A stretch of DNA of 64,000 nt from Ginglymostoma cirratum. Its lineage: Eukaryota. Under the pieces are notes generated by a model. It ran no database searches, was not told the origin of the DNA, and was given only the letters and a program-made list of their open reading frames with translations. The DNA is taken from NCBI GenBank assembly GCA_024137785.1, contig JAHRHZ010000013.1, positions 15,606,672 through 15,670,671 on the forward strand, in the 5' to 3' direction. Below, one piece after another: positions 54,044-64,000 of the stretch; within the stretch, counting starts at the first letter, position 1; every line of letters starts with the position of its first letter. The translations under genes were made by a program, and so were the position numbers.

Positions 54044-55066
54044 ATCTTGGTCAGCTGGAATCTATTGGCTGCTACAACAACCGAAGCAAATTTGCAGAAC
54101 TTCTTCTCCTGCATATTTGATCCTTGAGGCATGACCCACACTGCTGAACGTGCAGCTGAACGTGCAAGTCTGGAAATGGTAAGTAGTTGGTAGGAAATGT
54201 AAGCATGATTTGTGGGTAGGAAGCATTGGAAAGGAGACATCAATGAAGACTAAAACATCTTGAAAAAGAGTCCACTGGAAGTAGCCTCTTAACAAAGGGA
54301 TGAAAGCCTCAATGATCAACCTGAAAAAGAGAAGACTGCAAAACAGATTGAGGGGCCTGAAGCTAACACGATTAATATTTGAAAACTTGAAAAAAATTAT
54401 ATTGTATGAATAACAATTACTGATGGGAAGAAAATCTTTAACTCTTGAAAGGGAAAATCTCCAATTTGTTTTCATAATCTAATTTAAATAATCACCTTTC
54501 ATTCTGAAGTATGAATAAATGCGGGAAAGTTGGAACTGCTGCTATTTTGTTCATACCTATCAAAGGCAACCAATCTCCAAATGTTTATTGAGCCCACACC
54601 CATGTGGGAAAAGGTATTGCTGCCCTCTGAGGTGCAGGTCTACAAGCAGGCTGGGGGACTGTGGGCAGGGGGACTGGACAGTGGGACAAGAACAGTCTGC
54701 TGTGGGTCACTTGCCTGGCCTTTCTCCCAAACCCCCACCATCCCTAGCCAGCCAGCCCTCCTTGCAAACTCCATTTTCACCTATGGCTCCAGTGCCTCAC
54801 TGACCTGGGGCCTCTGGAGAATGTTCTACCACTATTCTGTTGGTGGGACTGAAGCCAACAAGGGGCCGTTAGCTACTGATTGAACAGAGCTCCTGATTGT
54901 GGGATTTATCTATATCCATGGGGTCCTGCTGACCATACATCTGGTGTTTCATATGGTGGGCCTGCCCCAAAAGAGGTAATATGGTCAGTTCCCTGGAATA
55001 AATCCTGCCCAGGACATCTAGCTATTCATGACTAGTTGCTCATCAGTATTGCCAGTATTGTAATTT

Positions 55067-55345
55067 GGGCCAGCATACTGGCTCAGTGATGAGCACTAGC
55101 ACCAGGGACCCGGGTTCGATTTATGCTTTGGGTGACTATCTGTGCGGAGGTTGCGTGTTCTCCTAGTGTCTGCATGGGTTTCTTCCAGGTGCTCCGATTT
55201 CCTCCCACAGTCCAAAGATGTGCAGGCTAGGTGGATTGACCATGATAAATTGTCCCAGGTTAGCCATGGTAAAAACTCCATGTTGGGTTATGGGGACAGG
55301 GTGGCTGTGGGTGGGATGCTCTTCAAAAGGTTAGTGCAGACTCAA
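55067..55345 (+). mobile_element. HE1 (V-SINE) copy
   Basis: ccagggacccgggttcgattt head and V-domain. Confidence 0.9.
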
Positions 55346-56606
55346 TCCTAGTGATCACAGAATGGGAAAACCCAACGTATACCTTTTGTGAACCATCCCA
55401 TACCAAACATCACGTATCTGATCTTCTCTCCTGTTCTTCTGCTCCTCGACCCTATCCTTCACTGACAGTCTTCATCCTTCTAAAGTATGTCTCAGTAAAA
55501 TGACATGCATTCTTTGAAAAACATGCTATTAAAATAATAGAAGCACTTGCTGGCTATCAGAGCTGATTCTGTTATTATGCCTACGTTACACTCCCCAGTC
55601 AGTGATTAGGGGAAAATTTTTACCATCAGCCTTTGCTCTAGGCTGATTCTGTAGATGTTCTTTGAAGCTTTTATGGTGCTTCCTGTTCTTTTAGATTTTT
55701 AGAAACTAGAAGCAAGAGGTAGGCCATTTGGCCCTTCGAGCCTACTGCATCATTCATCATGGTCATGGCTGATCCCCTTTCTCAGTACCATATTCATTTG
55801 ATGATGCAGCATACAGAAGCCAAGAGGTATCTTGATGAAACAATCCAAGTTATGAATTTATGCATTCAGGCCACCACGACTGAAAACTTTTAGCATTTCA
55901 ACCAATTGAAGCTTTTGTCCACTTCTCCCTTCCCCAGTCTGTGCCAGACCTGTGGAACACTACCTAAGCTGCCCTGTCTCCCAACCCTCTCTCATCCAAC
56001 CCTAGCTCCTTCTCCTGTCTTACCACATGCCACGTCCTGCCTCCGTAACTATACTAAACCAGCATTTCTAGCCTCCTGAAGTGTTTCTACATTAGTTCTG
56101 TTCAGCCTACTTTAAATCCCAATATTATCATTTTGATGACAGAACTTGGCTTCAAAATTTGTACAATGCACAAGCAACACAAAACACATTTCTGAGCAGG
56201 TTATGACAGTGTCCGCCAAATTGCAGCATGGTTTTACTAGGGCAGTATTTCTATTAATAGCTTTGCTAGGTTACAGTGCCCTTTTAAAACAGTAAAACGG
56301 TTGTAGAATTTTTTTCTCAGATAAACTCCTTTTCATACACATTCACCACAAGCTCAGGCCAGTTTTGACTCACTAAATTGCTCGAACACATGTTTAATTT
56401 TGTCTATGTATATTATGTGTCAGTATGCATTTGTATGCATCGCACCAGCAAACGAAAAGATGGCTTCTACAGGTGCACAGTGTGTTTTGTTCACAATTAT
56501 TAACTGGTAACGTCTTTAATCCAACAAGCATAATTCTAATTAACAACCCCAGCAAAGAAACACTGCAATGCAGAGACAAAACTGCTTCATTGTCAAGAAT
56601 GCTCAC

Positions 56607-56698
56607 CTTTGCCATCTGGGCCTGTACTCCACTGGCTTTGAGAGATGCCACTGCCTTCTGTGCAGCTGCTGGGCTGTCAAAATCGACGAAGCCATAGC
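56607..56698 (-). CDS. rbms3: Internal 92-nt coding exon of an RBMS/MSSP RNA-binding protein, C-terminal part of RRM1; equivalent to RBMS3 exon 4
   Basis: Minus strand reads tgtctttcacag|GC TAT GGC TTC GTC GAT TTT GAC AGC CCA GCA GCT GCA CAG AAG GCA GTG GCA TCT CTC AAA GCC AGT GGA GTA CAG GCC CAG ATG GCA AAG|gtgagc = (G)[30 protein letters not shown], including the RNP1 motif GYGFVDF. AVASLK and the very long flanking introns favour RBMS3 over RBMS1/2. Family assignment is near certain; paralog less so. Confidence 0.9.
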
Positions 56699-59651
56699 CT
56701 GTGAAAGACAGTTACCGTACATTATCAGCACCAGGTACGTGCAGAGCATCTAACAGCAGTGAACTGCGACAAAGAAACCTGTTGTTTGACCCAAGATCAG
56801 ATTAAAATGAAAAGAACATTAGTCTTTCCAAAATGTTGCTCTCATTCTTCCAGAACTGTAACCTGTCTACACTGAAGTTTTATATGAAGTGGAGCAAAGG
56901 AACCAATCTCATCAAAGAGGCGTTGTTTGCTGGACGCTGATGATGATGCATTGGTAGTAAACCTTACTTTAATTAATTGGCAATAAACATGTGGCTGTAG
57001 CCATATTCTGTCACTGCTTTTTACCTTAATGGTCTTAATAGAAAATATTCTCTCAGTGTGCATTTCTGGGGAGGTGCAGTATTTTTCCTTATCTTTCCTT
57101 ATACACTACACTTCTCAAACCAATCTCTGCACACTGGCTGTATGAGTAAAGCAAATTGCCACAAGTGGTGTGGACTGTAGGCAAGGAGTAGCTAAGTAGG
57201 GTACTACCATTTTTCAGCTTTGCCATACTTGGGAAGAAAGCCAATGGAACACTTTCATGACTTTGAATCCAATTCTGAAGGAAAGGTCTGAAATGGTCTG
57301 TGCTAAATTCACACATTTGAGGGTGGAGACTGAGTGAGCGTGTAAATCCAGTAATCCAATTCAAAATTCAGGGTATAAGAGTAGCATTTATGAGAACCAT
57401 CGAGGCACTCCTATACATAGATTTAAAAAATCTAACATTATGGCAAGGATAAATTAAGAAAGAAAACAGGAGTGCTTTAATATATGACAATAGAATAGAG
57501 ATTATATAATAGAATTACAGCCTGGGAAAATTCCCAAAACAAAACAATAAGTTTAATGAAATCCATGTTACATAAACGTTAGAACAATAAATTGTTTCTC
57601 AGAAACTGTGAAGCACACTGGGACGTCATTCATTTTTTTGCCCAGCGTAGAATCTGCATTGACCTGCATATTCCTGCAGAGAAGCCCTGTCCATTCTGAC
57701 CACTGAACCCAATTTGTATCGATTAGCCATGACTGGGAACCAAGAACCCCTTGACAGCCAGAAGGACACAATCTTCCATTTGGAAGGACAAGACCTGCTA
57801 TATCATGAGAACAACAACAGCAGCAATTCCAGACATTTTGAAAAAGTTGCAAACCATCTTGACAAAGGTCCAAAATTATCTTCTCAGAACTGGAAGGGAC
57901 AGTAAAGACATCTTTACCAGCAGGGTCCAGATCGCAAAAGTAAATTTTTAAGGACAGTGCAAAAACATTTTCTCATATCTGTATATTCTCAGCCCTGGCT
58001 TAGACAATACCTCTGTCTCATCCCAACAGACTGATCATTAACCAGGACTACAGGACTGTCCTCTGAGACCATCATTACACTCCTTTGCCTGACTGGCAGA
58101 ATGCATTAACCTAAATGTTATTAGGAATCTTCCTACAACAGGCAACTTACAGTGTTTGCTGTGATTTGTGTTTAGTCAAAAGAACAAAAGGGTAAAGATG
58201 GGTTGAACAGAGCAATAATTTTCCCATATAAATTACTTCATATTTCCAGCACGCACAAATTAAGTCCAAATTTATAACTTAACATTGTGACTTTTGCCTT
58301 TCAATCCGCATGAAAATCGTGAGTATGAAACAAGAAAGGCTATTCATTATCTCATGAATCATCCCTTCATGGTAACTGCTCCATCATTTAATTCCTGAGC
58401 TCTAAAGTTAGTTAACCAAAATGCCACAATGCTTGCTTATACTCAATATTCAAGCCTGGATTGTTGTTTTCTAAAGACAGATCCAAGGTTCCTGAAGCAC
58501 AGGGAGCATTGTGTTAAATTCATTGTAACAGAAGACGCTTCACAGTCAACAGATAGCTCAAAGGTGGCCCAAGAGATAACTCACAAACCACGAATTTGCG
58601 TCATGGTCAAAGATCTAAATCAATTCACTTGTCTGTCCTGGACTTATCTTATCTAAAACACAGCTAGTTTGAAATTGGGGGAGTGAAAAAGTGAATTTTA
58701 ATGAGTGTTTTTGTAGCCTTAGGAAGATCAGTTGAACCCAGTGTACATGACAGAATTGATTCTACAGTCATTGCACTACCGAACTCAAAAACTAAGTATG
58801 GATTGTTATGAGCAGAGTCACAACACTGTAGACTTTCCATTTGAGTTAAAAATGTTTCAGTGAATTTCACTGTAGATGAAATGACAATATATTAATTAGC
58901 AATATATGTTCATAACATGGACTGTGCATCTATCATGTGTCAGTTTACAATCCATAGTTTATAATCTACCAAATCATTATGTTTTCAGGCCAATCTCATT
59001 TACTTTTAAGATTAACACAATATTGTTTTAATAAAAAGAAAATAATTCCAATTCGGTTAGTTTAAAAGGAATGACAAGGTGGCTGTGAGTAGAATTTGCA
59101 TGTATCATAGCTCATGGGAAGATTGCTGGAAAACCCAAACAAACATTTTAAGCCATCATTTATTTCGTTGATTTCAGGGTTGCTGCTGATAATTCACCCA
59201 TGATGCCGGGGGCAATGAACAGGACCCTCTTGGAAATTCTTCCCTCTCCCTCTCAATTGATTTTGATCTGTTAAATTTTAAATGTTCAGTTGTGCCCTTG
59301 ACAACAGTGTTTTAAGTCAAGCATCAGGGTGCATCATTGTGCAATAGCTTTTTCAACAAGTCTGTGTCAAGTACAGGTGTACATGAATAACACATGATTC
59401 GACACCAAACCACAGCAGTCTGCTTGTTATGCTTCCCCACCAATCTGAATGCATGGGGCACACAGAATTTGCGGTTGGTCTGCCTGCGGCGTACTTTCCC
59501 CCGTGACCCCACCCCCACCCCCAGGGCCACACCATATTTTTGTCAGTGGTGGTGGGACAGAGGCTGGCCGACCTGCCATCGGGCCAACTGGTGTCCACAA
59601 GTGGGCGATTAATTTCCACTTAAGGGCCTTATCCCATTGGTGTGCAGGTGC

Positions 59652-59762
59652 CGGTGTTGGACTGGAGTGGACAAGGTCAAAAGTCACACAACACCAAGTT
59701 AAAGTCCGACAGGTTTATTTGAAATCACAAGTTTTTGGAGCGCTGCCCCTTTGTCAGGTGAA
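59652..59762 (-). mobile_element. Penelope-derived terminal fragment (another subfamily) with CpG-decayed hammerhead
   Basis: Minus strand CTGACAA-A-GGGGC-agc-GCTCC-AAAA-ACTTG versus expected CTGACGA-A-GGAGC-agc-GCTCC-GAAA. Confidence 0.7.
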
Positions 59763-62270
59763 TTTGGGCAAAGTCACACAAATTATTACGGAAGAGAGGA
59801 CTCAGGAAAGCGATGAGCTGCTCAATTTTGAGATGATAGAATGGAATGATTGGGCAAAGTCAAATTTTGATTGCAATGAATTTGCAGGAATATTAAATTG
59901 TCTATATTTGCTGCCACTACAACTGCAAGGCTGTACTTACTGTACAAGTGGTTGCAAAACCTACACTGTCATCTTTATCTTTAAGAGCTGTCTTAATGAC
60001 TCGCAATAACATTATTAATATCTTCCATCACTCTATCATCATCTAAATCTTTGGAAAAAAGGTATTGCCTACTTCCAATAATGCCCTCAAATGGACCTTT
60101 TGACATACCTTGGATGGCTGACAATGAATGGCCTACTCCCGACCCTTCACTGCTTCACTTGCTCCCTCAATCATTAATCTATTTACCTCCTAGTTGATTC
60201 CCTTCTTGTCAATACTGTTGCCACCTCATCACAAGCAGTCAAATCCTCACTGTTTCAGTTGCCACCCCACTCCCTGATGGAAACAGACAAACTAGCGGCG
60301 AGAGGGACAGCGAGGGGAGACGAGAATGGGATGGAGATGGGGAAAGCAGCCAGTGAACAGGAGAACGAGATGTGAGCAGGCCAGCAAGTACAGCAGAGAG
60401 CATGGCGGCAAGGGGAGCAGAGAATGGGGTGAGGAGCAAGAGGCAACAAAAGTGCGTACACAATGATGATGTCAGCAGTAATGCCCTCTTGTTCCAATAT
60501 GGTGACAGGATTATTTGGTATTATTGTGGAATTAATTACATCAAACTTTTCGAAGAACCTTTTGGTGCTTTTGATGTAATGATGTATAATCTGTGAGACA
60601 GCTGGCAAAAGTAGCAAATGTATATTTAAACTTGAAAAATATTAAATACAAATTATTGACATTAGAAAATTTGCTGAATGTATTTATGTGTTTCTGTATA
60701 TTGCATGTATATTTTCGTCATTGTTAAATAAAACATATTGATTACATTGTTATGGAATTATTGTAATATATTAATAATATATATCTAATTCCATGAGGCA
60801 TTCCTGCTTTAAATATGATATGCATCCAGCAAACAATATGCTAAAATAGAACATCCAACAGATAATGAAAAATCTCTTGTTCTAGCCCTTACAGCAACTT
60901 AATTAAAATGTGAGATCTGTTAAGTCCCTCTCATCATTTAACATCTTATTTACTGTAGGACTGTTCATCAAGGAATGAAAATGTAATGTGCAGTTTATTG
61001 CCTTGTATCGCATAAAAAACTACAGCAAATGTTTTAGCTGTACCATGAAAATGAGCAAATTCATTCATCCCTTCAAAAGTTAAAAAGTGATCATGGAGAG
61101 ATGTTGAGCAGTTGATACTGCATTCTTGGACTTGCTTCTCATAACCAAGTTCCCCTTTATTACAACCTTACAGAGATCTTTTCATCGTGCTTGGGCTCAT
61201 TTTGCAAACAGTCTGGCTGTAAAACAGCCTGTAGACAATACACCATGTTTTCTTTGATCCATCCTTTCAAAGGGGTCTACAACTTGACTAATAAACCCCA
61301 TCTGAAGCAATAACCCTTTCCAATTGTTCATTGGTAATTAATGGGGCATCAATAATTTTATATCAGATTTCCAACAATCATCATTTTACTACTTGTCTCT
61401 CGAGCACAACCACTATTGTATGAACTCAAATTGTATTCTCTGATCTGTTCCTGCTCTTCCCTGCTTTTACAAAATATAGCTAATGGAATCAAGGTCAGTA
61501 GAATGCAAGAGATGCTGGTTGATCAGTTAGTGCTCTCATCTTAAAATATTTGCTAGCATTGTTCGGAAACATTTAAACAAATTTGGCAGGGGACTAGAAA
61601 CAGGTTTTATTAGCAAGCTTGAAAAAGGAAAGGTGCACGTGGATTGGGAGAAGGAGATAGGTCTGGTGTATGAAATAGTCCGACATTTGGGAGACAGTGG
61701 TCATACCAACCGGTAGTGTTGTAAGATGCAAATTCAGTTTACACTGCACAGTGTCGACCCACAAAAGTGTGCTAAATAACATTGGTGAGCTATTGGGGCA
61801 TATAGTTACATGGGAATATGTGACAAGAAAGAAACTATGTTCATAAAAGGAAAAGACTGGGTACTAAATATTCTTAGATATGAGTTTTACAAGAAAGATA
61901 GGGAAGCAAATATGGGACGAAGATGGCTGTACGGATTCAGCAGAATAGGCTGAATCATGCTTTTTTCTGGGTAAAGTATAAGTGTGTTCGCTTTTGGAGG
62001 GATTTTTGAGACCTGTGAGATTTCTTGCCATAACTTACCGAATGTGCCTCATTAACTGTCTACCCCACTCTCCTGTCATTGCTATCAATGAATTCCATCC
62101 TCATCTTACCACACACTATTTGCAGAACACTTGCTACTCAGCAGATTGCTGCTAAAAAAAAAGTGTCCCTGGTGCCCACATTATAACAGCACATATAAAA
62201 CGCCACTGTGCAACCAGCCAAGCACTGACATTCAGACCCTGACCTGCTCAGTCAAGGAAAAAGTCTGAGC

Positions 62271-63340
62271 ATATTGGAGAAGGGGAAGATGGTGCTGCAA
62301 TTTTTCGACAGGAACCCGGTACATCCTGATCAAGGGAAAGATCCAAAGGAGAGGGGTCCTCTTCCTGAAGGACTGGCAGAGGAGGCTCTGCCACCTGACC
62401 CTGGCAGCCTGGTCTGAGGTCACCACCCAGATCAATCCAGTCTCCACAGTCCAGACGATTGGCCAACAATGCCATAAGAAGGTCAATGACCGCCTCTGCC
62501 AGGGTAAATACGACAATCTTCTCTCTGCTCCCTCACTGTATTTCTGCCGCTGCACCCACTTCCTACCAAAGCTCAAGCTCTGCCACTCTCACTGTTGGCT
62601 GCAACACCTTCCCTCACTCACTCTTACACTCTTCAACCTCCCACACCACTAATGCCCTGTCAACTCACTCCCTTGGGAATACCTCACCACCTTTCACCCA
62701 CCTACACCTGCAATAACAGCTGTGTCACACTCTTACTTCTCACTCAATCCCTTCCTTTCTCTCATTCCAGGAGAAGATAGCCCACAACAGGGAAGAAAAG
62801 GGACAACAGGCGAAGGGGTCTCTGACATTTCACTGCTCAACCTCCACCAAGGACACAGTCTAGTCCCTCACAGAAGACGACTGGGAATGTCCCTGCAGAG
62901 ATGTGGAGACATCCTTATCTGACCAACCCTGTAAGTACCACTCTTCATTCCACTACAACTCTCACAGTCTCATTCACAGGCTGTCAGTCTCATTCACTGC
63001 ACACCACTTCCAGCCATTGGCTGTAATGCTTTTTCCGGTTTTTTTTAATCTGGCAGATACTGCCAACCTATCCGCCACCTCCCATGGTGAAACAGTGAGC
63101 TCCCCAGAAATCACCTCCTTGACCTCAGTTTCTGAGTACTAACGCCTTAGAGGAATCACCCGAAAGGATGTCTCCTACAGCCCTTGACCTGGCAGCTCAG
63201 ATACGGAGCTCTCAGTGCGAAGGTTTAGTTTCGACAGTGTGGGAACACAATCTGGTGAGCATCTCACAGTGATATCTCCGTGTGTGGCCAAATGGGAAAC
63301 GCCCCCAGGTCACTGACACTCGGAGGACAGCCCAAGACTG
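62271..63340 (+). pseudogene. Harbinger-transposon Myb/SANT-like DNA-binding protein gene, split by introns and frameshifted; element spans ~61925 to the window end
   Basis: Exon 1 ..RRGVLFLKDWQRRLCHLTLAAWSEVTTQINPVSTVQTIGQQCHKKVND..AGG|gtaaat (62503). Exon 2 62771-62930, cattccag|EKIAHNRE / GTTGEGVSDISLLN..|gtaagt. Exon 3 from 63057 after tttttaatctggcag. Confidence 0.75.
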
Positions 63341-63360
63341 GGCATATGCTCAGCTCCAGG

Positions 63361-63472
63361 CATAGAACGTAGAATATAGAACATAGAACATTACAGCGCA
63401 GTAAAGGCCCTACGGCCCTCGATGTTGTGCCGACCTGTGAAACCAATCTGAAGCCCATCTAACCTGTACTAT
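63361..63472 (-). mobile_element. Short CR1 3' end inserted into the Harbinger relic
   Basis: (catagaa)n-type reverse tail; tccagg on both sides (63355-63360 and 63473-63478), TSD or microhomology. Confidence 0.85.
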
Positions 63473-64000
63473 TCCAGGAGAGGGTCCTCTAGTGTCAGGA
63501 ATCAGGGAATTTGTCCACATGCACAGGGAGGGGCAGGAGCAGCAGGCAGAGGCTTGGGGCGGAATGCCCCTCATTGCCCAGACACTGCAGCAGTGCGATC
63601 CTTCAGAATGCCTCCAAGGACAGGCTGATGGCTGCCATGTTGAGCCAGGCCCAACACCCTCAGGGTCTGCTGGAGACACCCACTAAGCAGCACTCCATCA
63701 TCCCAGCCATTTGTCCTTAGGACCAGAAGCCCACTGACAGTAGGTGGGGAACCTGGTGCACACTCCAGGTGCCCCCTTCTCACAAGGAGAGAGGCAGTGT
63801 CAGGAGGCACCCACCCAGAGGAGGGACCATGCACAGGCCCCACAGAACAATCCAGAGGAGGCCGGATCCTCCACCTCCACCCTGCCTGCCCCCCACCCCG
63901 CTCCGGAGCTTAAATGTTGCAGCCCTGAAGGATTCACTTGGATCAGGCGAGATGAGACTCAGCTTTTGTGAGTCAATGAGACATATTGCCGTGGGGTCAC

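Noticed and set aside
57680-57951. Overlapping plus-strand ORFs
   Set aside because: AYSCREALSIL and AAIPDILKKL suggest a very old LINE ORF2 C-terminus, but too weak to call.
60463-60597. ATGATGA box-C-like motif
   Set aside because: Antisense to the host gene, with no proper box D or terminal stem.
1-64000. Other rbms3 exons (YGKIVSTKAILDK..., QQEQDPTNLYISNLP...), tRNA/rRNA genes, CRISPR arrays, viral ORFs
   Set aside because: Not seen by eye; tRNA-like boxes all belong to SINE heads. A tBLASTn with RBMS3 would be decisive for missed exons.

Overview
Eukaryotic genomic DNA from a cartilaginous fish, inferred from its repeats (HE1/V-SINEs, HER1/CR1 LINEs, shark Penelope-derived elements; possibly a carpet shark). 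The only confidently recognised host coding sequence is a 92-nt minus-strand exon at 56607-56698 encoding (G)[30 protein letters not shown], the end of RRM1 of an RBMS/MSSP protein, most like RBMS3 exon 4. I saw neither flanking exon, so the rest of the window is probably its two very long introns. These hold CR1, L2, RTE, Rex1-like, Penelope-derived, Harbinger, hAT and LTR relics, several SINE families, and repeat-free stretches that may be conserved non-coding elements. I did not find an unambiguous new biological system. The best leads are: (i) short, often palindromic Penelope-derived elements carrying decayed minimal hammerhead ribozymes, some with target-site duplications; (ii) an intron-containing Harbinger Myb/SANT gene relic antisense to rbms3; (iii) a frame-preserving 162-nt candidate cassette exon that would lengthen the RRM1-RRM2 linker; (iv) inverted HE1 pairs near the exon. 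Repeat names come from recalled consensus sequences, not database searches, and repeat boundaries are approximate.
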